The notes beneath the pieces were generated by a model. That model made no database searches. It saw nothing but the letters and a program-made list of their open reading frames with translations, and had not been told where the DNA came from. A stretch of DNA of 64,000 bases from Phoronis australis. Lineage: Eukaryota; Animalia; Phoronida. Positions 1 to 13,500 of the stretch are shown here, piece by piece (within the stretch, counting starts at the first letter, position 1; each line of letters begins with the position of its first letter). The translations under genes and the position numbers were made by a program. The DNA is taken from assembly GCA_002633005.1 (NCBI GenBank), contig NMRA01000128.1, positions 538,360 to 602,359 of the forward strand, read 5' to 3'.

Positions 1-254
1 TCGATTGTCGTCGGATTGAAATTGATTAGGCTAATGCGTTGCCCTTTGTCGGAGGCTCACTCTGTCGAGACTTTGTTGTTGTTTAGAACACGACATCAAA
101 TTCAACTATGAGTGACAAAAATCAGTTTTCAGTGAATATCAGGCGTTATCGTTATTCAGTGAGGTATTTGAGTATTTTATTACAGACTGAGCGAATTCTT
201 TAACGTCAACAAGTTGGCCTACTCTAGTCTAGGCTAGGCCAAAGACATTAACAC

Positions 255-312
255 GACTATTCACTTTGGCCGCCGCCATTATTGTGTCATGGACCCTGGC
301 AACATCTAGCGG
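255..312 (-). promoter_or_regulatory. Candidate promoter/5' end of a divergent gene running off the left edge
   Basis: CpG-rich patch with a YY1-type AATGGCGGCGGCC on the - strand (268-280), plus RFX-like GTTGCCAGGG and CTCF-like CCGCTAGATG motifs at about 294-311. The ATG at 279 gives only MAAAKVNSRVNVFGLA*, so no product can be named. Confidence 0.3.
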
Positions 313-1551
313 GGATGTGTGTGTGTGTGCTGATTATAGTTTGTCAAATTTAAAACTGTGAAGTGTCTTTATTTAAAATATTGAGAACAAAAAATATGAA
401 CAGTGTAATGGAAAAAATACACATAGGCAAAACATATAGAGTAGATCTAAGGTAATATGGTCGGGACTGTGGATACCTATCATTGTCAGGCTTCAATGGT
501 CGTCGGCCATCTTCTTTCGCTAACGTCTCGGAAGAAACAGGCATTGAAGAACTGAGACGAAAATCAATGTATTTACTGATTGTCTTTTGAAACCTCTTAA
601 AAACTTGTAGATTTTACTAATGCACTTTTTTGTTCATTTTCAGGAGATATTTTCAAAATTAAATTTTCTTCAGACGGGACAAAAAACAACCCAGGGATTG
701 TTTATGCAATGTATCTATTTGTCCCAGGCACAAATCGACACCTCTTAGGCCAAAAGAAATCACAGCAGACAAATGCAACTCGCTGGGTGCTTAACAGTTT
801 TGGCCCACTCATTAGTCATCAAAATATTGTCCACTTTTTTTTTATTGCAAAATACAGTGTTGAGCTCAACATTTATGTTGAAATTTTTGGTTCAGGCACT
901 TTGGATTTATTTGAAGAAAATTAAAATACTTCAATTGATAGAGAATGACCACCAAAAAAGTAAAACATTGACTTTATTATCACCACATTGCATTGCTACA
1001 TACAACACAGCATACATAATTAAAAATAAAAGAAGAGATTGAGCAATAAACCGCAAATGCAACTTCGGTGTTTATTTATTTGTGATTACAGAAGCCTGTT
1101 AAAAGTGAAAGAAATCAAATAATATGATTTTGAGTAACTTATTAGAGCAACTGTATCGAGGTTCAATGGTCAACTTCAGCCAATCAAGTCTCAAAGGGTT
1201 ACAGTTCTGTTTTTGGCTGGCAAGGTGTTAACAGAGAATGGAGAAAAACTGAAAAGAAAGACAACAGAGATAAATGGTGTTAAGAACAACAAGAGCAAAA
1301 AGTCAAATAAAGAGGTCACAAACAGAAAATAAGCAAGGTCTATCTGGAATAAAAGAATCACGATTTATTTTTTAGAACTGAAATTCTGATCCAATTTTAA
1401 TTGATTTAAAATCGATATTACACCAGTAAAACAGTCTGTGGTTGAACTAGAATTGTTTGTAAACCATTTTCCACTGTTTTCTTGGCTTTTTTCTGTGTGG
1501 TTTTCTGTTCTTTCAAAAGGTGGCAGCATATGACGACATAGGAATCATAAA

Positions 1552-4500
1552 ATGGCTGCCGAAAAGCAATGTACAGTTGAAACAACTCGGCATAAATTAA
1601 AGAAACCTTTCGAATCAACAGTTACTATATTATATTTGTGAGAGTTAATTCCTATTCGTAGCATAAATTTGAAGTGGAATAATTCGGTGAGTACGACAAC
1701 AAGCCGGTTTTATGCTTAGGCGGACGACCATTGGTTTCCTCGTGTGTATAAATTACGAGGAATACATCATAAGCAAAAGGGTGACTCAATAATCAGAGGT
1801 GAGCAGGTGAGAGTAGCGGGATGGGCAGGTACAGAACCTGCAGGATTTTCTCCAGCGGGGGTCAGGGAACTGATAAACATGTGACAGATTTGCTGAAGAA
1901 GAGATAGGAGCAAAAATGGAGGGTGCGCCCCTCAACCAAAAGATTGGATGCAGAGATAGCTTTTTGCCCCCAATATCCCAGGGGTTAATATCAATAAATT
2001 AAAAATTAAGTACTAATTTGTTTCAAACTAAAATTGAAAAATTAACAGATTCTCCTCTCCCCAACCATCAAATGTTTCCTACACTGATGTCCAAAAACTG
2101 CCCTCTTCCGCTATCCAAATACGGGTCCAGAACTTTGTTTCGAAAATTCACACCTTATGACATTCTGCAGTCAAATAAGTATTAGCGAATAAATAAAAAC
2201 AATAAATGAATAAATATTAAAGTATAGATAAAGTTGAATGTATAAAATAATTTAGATTCTAAAAGTACAGTTAATTTTGGAATTACCCAGTGTGTTGCTT
2301 CTCCACACCCAAAAAATCAAGCAACTGGCATGTGCGTGTCGTGAATATCGTCTCGAAATCAACATCTGAGTTTTCTTTGTTACAAAAGCAGAAGAGTGAC
2401 TACAGTTACTAATGTATTTGGGTTTCTTTTAAACTGTTAAACTATGGAAGGGAGATTTGTTTAATGTGTCCGTTTTTACCCATACTGACTCCTACCTGTG
2501 TTTTGACATTCAGTCATACACAACTAGTTGTGAGTGTTTTGGGACCTGAACTTTTTATGGTATGGTTTCTCATGGATTTGTGCGCTTACTGTTAACCCTG
2601 GTCAGTTTTGTTAGCAAATCTGAAAAAATTCTAACAAGCAGTTGACAGTAATATATCTTCTCATTTCAGCTTTCACTAAAAATTTATTATCAAAAGTCAC
2701 AAATATTTCATTTTTGAGAATTTTTTCGCGTTCTTAAAAATGCTACTTTCATCTGCTTCTGTTTATAGTCATAAATGCTGCCTGTGTAGTACAAAGTAAA
2801 GTTATGTAAAATATGCCTGCAATCAAATGTAAAATATGGCTGCTTGCTCATAATACAAATTGTTTTTCTGAGGTCATCATGTTTAGTTGCAACCATCATT
2901 TCAGGTATCGGACACTCTGGTCAGTAGCAGTGGTGGCTGTGCTATGGTGTGACATTGTATTCACTGTAGACAGGGGCAACTTCAAAACATGCGATCAAAG
3001 TGGCTTCTGCAAGTAAGTTTTCATGTTGTAATGGTATAAGACATGTTTCTGCTCTCAGATTAGGTCCGAACAAGGAGAAAGTAACAGAAATGCTCAAATT
3101 GTTGATATCGCTCGAAGCAGTTGAAGCTTGTGTGAGACGTGAAGAATATATTAAGGTTGCAGAGTAATGGCACTACTGAGATGATAACTATACTTGACTA
3201 TCTAAAACATTTTGTGTATATCTTAGCTGGACATATGTTGATGGGATGTTGTTGAGCAGATCAAAGTGGCTTCTTTTCAATGATAAGTTGAGTAGATGTT
3301 TGGAGGGGGGGGGGGGCATTGCTTTGTTGCTAGAGTCTGAATTTAATGAAAGAAGGTGAAGTCATTAGTTAAGTCTGTTAGTGGTGTCCAATATTCCTGT
3401 GGGTATTGTTCATGTATTATTGATTAGATCTAGCATGCAGTTGTCATCACCTTGCAAGGTATATAATACTTGATGGGGCTGCATAATGTATGTATCTTGT
3501 TGTTCGCTACAATGTTACTGAAACTTACCTGTATGGTATTAAGTATGACATCTACAAACTGTCTGGTTTATGCAAAACCCCAACACAGCTGTTACGAATA
3601 AAGTTTAATATTTAGTCCTTCAATTACTTGTCTTTTATACAGGTCCTTAATATTGTTGAAATTTGGTTAAATGCAATTCCCACTGATAAGGCTACTCATA
3701 CACTTCTTATGTTGATAGGGAAGGAAGAAAGCTTCATTTGAGGAAGGGTTAAATATTCTTGACATCTATCATTTTTGTCTTTAACCAGAAATGAACGGTT
3801 ATGCTGTTGTTGCTAAGAGTGCCACCTGGTGTGCTACCAAGTTAAACAGTATCTAGGCAATGTGTGATTATGCTGCTATTCTTCAGTGTGTCATGTGGTG
3901 TGCTAGTGTTATTGAATAGTGATCATTGTGTAGAGTTGGTTGAGAGATTCATGCGATGTATTAGCATGATGTCTCTACACCTGCGGAGGACCTTTAGGGG
4001 TTTTGTCTCTCTTCGTCAATAATTCTTTCGGGGCAGCTGTTTCTGGCGCTGCAATTATAAATCAATACTTGAGGTGGATTGATTTCTCAATATCTGGTGT
4101 TTCCAAAACCTGCATGAAAAGTAGCAGATTGCAACATGTCAAACATGGCCACTTCAAAAATAATCTGACCTCTGGGCATCCCAATGTTAAATTGAGGCTT
4201 GTGTGTAATTCAGGCTTTTTGTCAATAAGTGGATTTTATTAAATGTGATTCAAGAATGTTTTCTGGTTCTTATATTTCCTTTGTGTTGCATAATTGATAC
4301 TAATCAAATTTGGTTGAGCAAATGCAAGGATTTCTTAGAACTGAGCAATATGTTATGTTCTAGGAAAATGTGGAGACCAGTATCAATAGAACACTACAAA
4401 ATATTTATTAGGTTTAACAATTATGCTGTCAGTAAGCAAGACGAGATGAAACTTTTATGTCCCGAATGTCGAGGCAAAGTCTTAGTTTCTAAAGGGCATC

Positions 4501-7500
4501 AGGGAAGTTCTTCAATATTTCTTTATATCAGAGAAGTGGACACACGTATGGTGGGAACATTATTCCCCTCACTATACAGTCAAGGGGCCTCTTCCAAGAA
4601 AACTGACTTAGCTAAGATAAATCTTAAATTTTAGTAAATTTTAAAATAAAAGTAAAATTTGTCTCAAAAGCAATTCAAGAAATAGATCTTAAGTTTGACT
4701 TAAGTGTATGACCCAAACTTTGACTAACTTTCCAGATGTGGAAGTTTCAAAGTTTGGTAGTTAAGACAAATCTTAGACTTAAGTAAAAATGAACTTAAGT
4801 CAGTTTCTTGGAACGGGCCCATGAACTCTAAATTCATTCTGTGGCATGTGCTTCATTATTACAGGCGCCAGAGGGCCATCAACAAGCAGCCTTCACCATC
4901 ACCATATATTGTGTTAATGGACACTTTGAAACTGCAAGCCTCTGAGTTCACTGTGCAACTACTCAATACTCATAATAACATCCGATTCACGCTGGAAGTG
5001 AATGCACTAGAAAAAAACACAGCTAGACTAAAGATACGCGAGACCGAGCCGATTCGACCCCGATATGAAATTCCCGTCGGTGACGTACTAGTTGGTGAAC
5101 CAAAACAGCAGGGGTGAGCGCAGGTTTACATTGATCTTGCCATTACTGATAGTGTTGAATAAATAATTAGCTGTCTTAGAATCCTTATTAAATGGAAACC
5201 CAATGTCTTGTTTGTGAAATGTGTTGGCCTTCAATCGACATTACATTTAATTTGTTCTTCCTCGATTCTCTTGCAGCATGACTGTTGTCAGTCAGGATGA
5301 CAGTCAAGTCAGTGTGAGTTTTGAGAACAATAAAATCGTGCTTCAGGCTAAACCATTCAGGATTGACCTGTTTGCTGATGGTGAACCTGTGTTCAGCGTT
5401 AACTCAAGGGGTCTGCTCAAGTTTGAACATGGAAGGGAGAAAAGGTAACAATAAATGTGCTTATTTAGGCCTTTGGTGCAGATTTAAGGGGGTTATATTT
5501 TCATGCCATTGGGTGGGGTTTTGTTCAGTACATTCAATGCATCACAAGACTCTTGTCAAACAGGTGAAAGCAAGGTTACAGCTGGACGTCTGCAGGATGG
5601 TAAGGTGTTGCCAGCTGTCCAGCTTTGCAATAGATGCATGCTGAATTCATTGACATAGTAATCTAGTGTGATCATGAATGAATGTGATGCACCAGAAAGT
5701 GTTGGTGGTATGTTGTGAAACATTGGCTGTAATGACAGTTCATTGTAAGTTAGTTTAGCTGTGAAGGGTAATAGTCACCGTGACTGAGAAATGGTGTTTT
5801 GTCTGATTGGTGTTGGCATGTACTGTATTAGTTGGATGGAGACTATATGAGGCACACTGGATTGTTAACTTTGCACATTTTTTTCAGGAAATCCTGCAAG
5901 ACATGAGTAGATACTTAGGGTTTCAGAACCACTTATCAATACTTAAAAGATTGTGTTAAAGAGGAACATGCACTCTAAATCCTTATCTCTGTGATTGCTT
6001 GGTCAAATTAGTTAGAAACAACATAAAGTGACAATGTGAATATAAAGTACATTAAAAATTGCCAAATGTTGTTAAGATTAAGAACGAGTTTTGTGTCGAA
6101 AATGATCCGCCGTAAATCACGGAACCGCGTCCAGTAAGTATCTTGACATGGTGCTGGGAAATACCACTGCATGATGTGGGTTATGTGAGCCCCCAAGGTA
6201 CATCATTTGTGCAAAAAGTAACCTATTTGCAGATTGAAATTTTTGTTTTCACATTTACGAGTTGTCATTGAATACAACTGCATTTTGTTTAGCGTAGATA
6301 ATGTTCAAATAGCGTTGTCGTTTAGTTCTTGCTTTACATTTATAGTTAGGACCATGCAAATTCATCTTAAAGGAATAACAAACTAGTAGCAAACAAAATC
6401 GCTTCTCATATCAATGAGGAACTAGGTCAGATCAATTTTGAACTGACTGTTGACATTTTTGCCCGTGTAGTGCTGTGTTGCCAAGTGTCTCTTGGCTATT
6501 GTGGTGGGCAGACTTTCACCACGTACTAAGTGCCTCAGCGTCTGAGTATTATTAAGCCTAAAAAGTGTTATAAATAAATTTCCAAACTTAGGAACACCAT
6601 ATTTCAGGAACGGTTGATGGGATTCAAAAGAAACCTCAAATTGGGAAAAAGGCCCTTGGGAATTGTTTTTGAAGAGTTTCAAGGTCCTCAATAATGTGTT
6701 ACCAAAAAACTGAAACTTTGTATGAAACAAAGTAGTTTTTTGGAAACTTCAGAGTCTTTTTTGAGATTTGGTCTGGAATGTTAAGACATTTGGTCAATAT
6801 GCTTTCCAGGTGTACCTTAAAGTATTTGTTAAGTTCAAAACCCGTAACTTAACTCTCTTACTGTCATTAGTCTTCACGTTCTCGCTGAATGGCGCCTCCT
6901 TGTTTGTAGGGGCCTAATTCAAAAAGTACGATCTTCTATTGGCTCCTATATTTCTTCATGGTTGTCCAAACCTTTCAGTGCTGCACCTGCTGTTGACGAG
7001 ACAGAAAAAAAGGAAGACGATGAGGATAGGCCAGAGGAGGTAAGCTTCAAGACTGCGCCACTTCCAAGGGTTTTAAGGATCGTATTGAATTGTTTGTGTT
7101 TTTATTCAGATAAACCGATAGCAGTTATTGCATCTTGAGTCTTTTCAAACAAGGCATCTCGTTTCACAAGAAAGATTTTCTTTAGACAGCTTTTGGCTGT
7201 TGAAAATATGAATGTGAATTAACATTCAGTGTTTCAAGTAACTTGGAAATAAACACATTAGGTAGCAAATATGAAAGAAACTGCTTTTCTAATGAAAATG
7301 ATTTACAAAGCAGGACCTTTGGTGTTGGTATTAACATTTTGAATGTGGGGTGAAACTTTAATAGAAAATATGTCTTTTGCCAACTTAACTCACTGACAGT
7401 CTTGCCTAAATAATACTTTGAAAACTTTACTCAAGGTGCTTGATACATCGATAAAAATGCTCAAGTTTTTACCAAATGTTGCTTGGTAATAGCTTCACCA

Positions 7501-10500
7501 TAGAAGCTGTGCTAAAACCAAAGTAAATTGTCCTGAAAGTTATTTATTTTTGTTGAGACCAAAAAGAAATTTCACCTGCAAATTTTTTACCATAGATAAG
7601 TAATCTCTCTGTAACTTGACACACTTAATTTTGTTTTTTGTCTCAATTCCTTGTTTTGTATTTCCCCACTCTAGGCCGATGCTCAGGAAGAAAAGGATGA
7701 AAACGAGCCTGAGAAAAAAGATGACACGGCAGATGAGGAACCAGACATGTGGGAAGAAACATTTAAAAGTCACCAGGACAGCAAGAAACGAGGTGAGCTT
7801 CAGGGAAAATCATCAAAGCTAGTGGAAAGGAAAAAAAGGAAATATCCGGTGGGGAAGTTAGTTAGAATGAAACAAGTCTGATTTTTCATCCGTCGTATCG
7901 CGATGTCAGCATACTGTGAAACCCAAGTACATGAATGGCGAAAATTACCTTGTGGTTACTTTTTGTTTAAAAAATGTCTCGTGGGAAGTGAAAATTATAT
8001 CCTGGAAAAGCGAGAGAAAGTGAAAGCCCCATGTTTTTGGCATATTTTTTTCATCGTAGAAAGTTTCATTCTTAGCATCTAAAAATCGAATAGCAAAATT
8101 ACTGAAAATTTTAAAATATTAGTTTATCTTTGTAGTGCTTTAATCTGAGTGTATTATGATTCTCTGTCTATCATCTTTATACACAAAATAATTTAATGTC
8201 AACCCAATAGATTACTTGTGATAAGTAAAGGTCATTATGTCAAGCACCTCATCTGTCTGGTTTAGTGTCTGAGATGCATTTCCTAATATACAAGCAACAA
8301 AACAGAGAAGACGAAGCAAATGGTCGTCTTATTCTTATTCTTCAAACACAAATTCCAGTTTTTTTTCTTTAAAGTCTTTAACAGTCTGCGTTAGAGGAGC
8401 ATTTGTACCATGTGGTTTGTGGATTGAAACTTTCTATCTCCATACTGTTCTCATCACATGGACAATGGTTGCAACATATATCCACATTCTGCTCCCTATG
8501 AGAGTTGTTTAGACTTTGTACCCTGAGATCAGTCTCAACATTTGTCTTGAGAATGGTTTAGTCATAATAAACCCGACGGTCCACTAATACAATATCTTTG
8601 TGTGTGTATGTGCTGATTTTTAAGTTTCGTAGTACGGTACTCATATTTTGGCCATAAACAAATGTGATCAAAACCGAATGTCTTCAGTAATTGGGTAACA
8701 AAAACGACAAATAAAATCAGCCTCTTAAACTCATGAAATCAGTCTCAGTAATCTTCCTTACCATAACGGAACTTGATTTTCTATACTAACAACTATATCG
8801 AAATAATCAGAGATTCAAGAAAACACTTAATAACAGTTTATTAGAGATCGTCTTCCCAAAAATCTTAAAATTGAATGTTGCACGTGTATGCATTGTGTGT
8901 GACTTTAATTCCTGGCTCATTTGTCTGTGTAACAGAATGTCTGTACAGATCCAGTATAAGACCAGCCAAAGCTTCGACTAATTACAGGTCCAGAGTCTAT
9001 TGGTCTTGACTTCTCTTTCCCTGGTTATGAGAACGTCTATGGTATACCTGAACATGCTGATTCTTTTGCTCTGAAAACAACAAAGTAAGTTATGTGATCT
9101 AAAGGTAGAATGTGTAACAGAGGTAATTGTGAGGGTTAGGCAGTTTATGAAAACAACATGTAAAAGTCAAGATTAATGTTATCTTTCTGCTTTAGAATTG
9201 GAGTCAGTATAGATGCGTGCAAGCTGTGGCCATCTTGTGTGAGAAACTTAATATTAAAACTCTGTGTATTATGTTTTCAAGTAATAACTTTATGAAGTTA
9301 TTAGCATGAGTTTCTCATAAAAATTTTTGTTGGATCTGTCATTTCTTGTGCCAAGCGTCACTCATTTATTGTGATGTAGCTCAAAGCCTTGCTCTTTTTC
9401 CCACATTTTAAACTTATTGCAGATGTTCGCTTTATCATATAAAATACAAGTAGTTAAATTGTGGTACTGAGTGCTGGATGTCTTGTGTATTTTGTTCTCG
9501 TACTTAACGTTTCAGTTGCCTGTGTTGCTTTGTTTTCTAGAAACACTGACCCATACAGGCTGTATAACTTGGATGTGTTTGAATATGAACTCAACAACCC
9601 CATGGCTCTGTATGGTAGTGTACCGGTCATGCTGGCTCACAAGTGAGTAACCAACCTACTTCCTAGGCTATGAACTTTCCATGCCCAGAACTCAAAAAGC
9701 CATTCAGTGCCTTGCATTCCACTAGGTCCTGAAAATTTAAATGAACAATTTTGTCTATGAATTCATGTGTTCAATAATCCAAACTGTTAATATTTTCTTA
9801 ATCAGCTTGACAAAAACTAACATTTTCACATCTTGTTTTAATCCACACACACAGTGGTATTATGACATTTGATCTGTATGGGCTGACCACAACTATCCAA
9901 CATATCCTTTTGTTTTTGTTTCCAGTGAGAAGAGAACGGTTGGCATGTTCTGGCACAATGCGGCCGAGACCTGGGTGGACATTACTGCTAACTTTGCTGA
10001 CAAGGTACTCTTCTTTAAGGTTGTCCAAATAGCATTTAGTAAAGGTGACCATTTCATTTGGAGAATATGATAGGTTGTCTCAGCTATTCATGAGTCTCCT
10101 TCTTATGACTGCTGTTTGTTCCTTTTCTCAACATGTGCAAGTTCTAATTCTGTGTCAAACAGATGGCTACCTGTTTATTATGACTATATTCAATCAGTTT
10201 TTCGTTTGAGCAATCGCGTAATAAGAAGCTCAGATCTTTTTGTATGCTTCATCATTCAGGGTTCTGCAAGGAGTTGGAGATTAGATTTTCTGTGGCAAAC
10301 TTGTTCTATTCAACCTGTAAATTGTAAATGACTTTGTAACTTGGAAAAGTCATGTTGAAATACATGTGACCTTATGTGACAGTTGGTTGTAATGTTGTTT
10401 ATGAAAAATCAAAGAGTGTGTAGACAGGGTTTTAAGTTTGAAAACTTTATCAAAGATACAGATGAGCTTTATTCTGTTCCATTATTAAATTTATTAAGAG

Positions 10501-13500
10501 TAAGATGTAGGAACCCATCGTTAAAGTAACAAATTTCTCATGTATTAATCTTTTGTGTTTTATTAAAAAACATTTGTGTTTTTATCCCTGTAGGGTATGT
10601 TCACCAAGTTGGTTGACTTTGTCAAAGGTGGTGATGAGATCCCTCAGGTGGACACACACTGGTTCTCAGAATGTGGCATCATAGACGTGTTCGTCATGTT
10701 GGGCCCGAAGCCATCTGATTTATTCCAACAGTACGCGGCACTCACGGGGACCACCCAGCTTCCTCCTGTGAGTAGAATGTAGTCTGTGGTAGTGTCCATG
10801 ACAGTACAATGTGGCTGTGTTAAGAGACTTCTGTGTAGTTTTAACAAGGAGATTGATGTATTTCTACTAGTCTTGCTGAAATCCATTTTACTTCACCATG
10901 TATTATAATTACAGCTCTTTTCGTTGGCATATCACCAGTGTCGCTGGAATTACAACGATCAAGAAGACGTGGCAGGGTAAGTGGTTAGATGTACTTCCTG
11001 TAGACACAATGACTTAAGGCTCTCATGGTATCAAGCCGAGTCTGGAGAATTACAGTCATAGATTTCTCCATTTTATAGTAGAAGGTGCCTACTTCCGTTA
11101 TGTACAGTGCAGAGTTCATGAAGTACGTGACTGTGTCTAATATGTATTGACTTTCAGAGTTTACTGGATTTAATACACGATTGTGTCTAATATTTATTGA
11201 TGTACTTTCAGAGTTGACGCCAATTTTGATGAACATAATTTGCCTCTGGATGTGATTTGGTTGGACATTGAGCATGCTAAAGAAAGAGAGTATGTGGTTT
11301 CTTGTGTTCCCATTTTCATTTTGCCTAGTTCAACATTAATGCCAGTTTAAACTGACACAATCTATTCCTAGGCTCTGATAATAAATCCGATTGCTATATA
11401 GTTAATGCAAACTCAGTGCAGTGCTCTTTGGGAAACTTGTTTTCTGAAGTGGTAATGAGATATCTTTTAAATATGGAGATGATGTCACCTTTATTAACTT
11501 AAAGGTACAAATCCCTTGTAATAATTGTGAAATGATGCAGTCAGCCCAACATTGAGTTTCCCCATGTTTTGTTTCTGCATCCACTTTGACTGAGCAAACA
11601 CCAATGACTAACTAGGTGTTAGATTGCCAGTCAGTCACACGGTTCACTCTTTAAAAGTTACTGATTATTATGATTATTAGTCTCTATTCTTCATGTCTCT
11701 ACCTCAACATGCATGGTCAACAAAGGGGGGGGGGGCAGTAATTGTGTAGAAAAATGTCCCAAGGTAACTGGGTATTTGTAATTAAACAAAAACCCAAACT
11801 GTTGGGTTTCCATTCAGACTAATACCTGGGCTAAATATACAGAGCTTGGTAAACTATGCTTCAAATAAAATGCCAGCAGTTGATGCTGCAATGGAGAACT
11901 GAAGTCAAATAGCAAGAGTGTTTCAGGGTAAAATTTGAATTGTAAATCAACCACTGGTTGTGCTGGACAATGTGAAATAGATGAGTGAAACCAATTTGAC
12001 AGTAAAGTGATGAAACGGTTTTAATTTTACCAATTTACAACAGTTGTTTTCCATTTCGTTTTACTCGCGGTCAACCTATATTGGCTTGTAGTATTATTGT
12101 CTGTACTGGGAGTTAGAATGCAGTCTAAGATCAAGGAGAAGCACAATGATTCTAGAGTCTATCTAACACATTGTTAATCAATTCACGGATTTTGTTAAAA
12201 AGCAATTGGTGTAAGTTCATGGTTCTATCCGGTGTTAGTTTTATAGAAAGTTCACCTCTGCAAATATGAAGAATTTGAACACTTGTTCTGACAACGATAA
12301 AACCACTACTAGGATGAAGCCAGGCTCTGTCTTTAAAATTTGTACCTGTACATCCCTAGATACTTCACATGGGATCCAGAGAAATTCCCTCGCCCTCAAG
12401 AAATGTTGGGTAATCTCTCTTCGAAAGGACGTAAGATGGTGACAATTGTTGACCCTCACCTGAAACGAGATGAGAATTTCCGTATACACAAGGAGTTCTC
12501 TGGTCTGGACTACTATGTCAAGAATAAAGATGGGAATGAGTATGATCAGTGGTGCTGGTCAGGTAAATTGCACATTTTAGAATTCTAAAACTTTGAAAAT
12601 TAATGGAGCATAATTATTGTACTGCAGTGTCAAATTGTTGATACTAAAGATAGCTTTTTTCAAATATTTTGGAAAATGCTAAGTTTTGACCATGAAATTA
12701 TGATTTTTTGAAATTGTTGGTGAGCATGAAAACCTGTTATGTGCATGAAGATAGTACCTGCATATCTGTAGTCACATTACTATTTCTTGCTTTGAAAATT
12801 GTGATTTACAGACATAACTGTAACTTGTACACGCAAAAACTTGAATCTGAACCTTAGAAAATGATGCTACTCTTTCACTCTATTAGCTACAAAAAGCATT
12901 TCTGGGATGTTCCTTCCCCGAGTGCTGAGGTGTGAAAAATGACAACTTCTTTTCTCAGAATGCTGAAGTTATCATTTTTGAAAGGTGTTTTCTCGGGGAA
13001 AAGTTTTTAAAAGAAAATCCCAGACCCACTTTTGTAGCTACAATACTGAATAAACAAAATGCGCAATTTTTTAGTGAAGAGTATTATGTTGACCTCAAAA
13101 AAGTTATAGTGATCTAATGTAAAAACATGATTTAAAAAACCACATGCACATGACTACAAATGTTCGAACACTGTTTTAACAGTCACAAAATCGGTGTCTT
13201 TGCTCATGAAGGGTTTTGAAAATAGATGATGTCTAGTTTCAAACTCCAACCTAGTTCCTCTCTGAGACTATTGACAATTTATTGATGAATTTAATTTTGG
13301 TTCAGTTGTCTCTGTGTGTATATTTGATACTTAGTAATTATATTTTAGTCATTCTTTTTTCATGTCTGGATGAACTTTACTGTAATATAAGTTTTTTAAT
13401 GCAAGGCTTATTGTTGTCTTATGACTTGACATGTTGTTTACTCCGTTTGCTTTATGTATGTTGTGCTTAATGTTGGTCTAACCATTGCAAAGATGTACAA

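Noticed and set aside
12007-12110. Intronic C/D-box snoRNA (GTGATGA at 12007; also ATGATGA at 19382)
   Set aside because: No suitably placed CTGA D box with a terminal stem.
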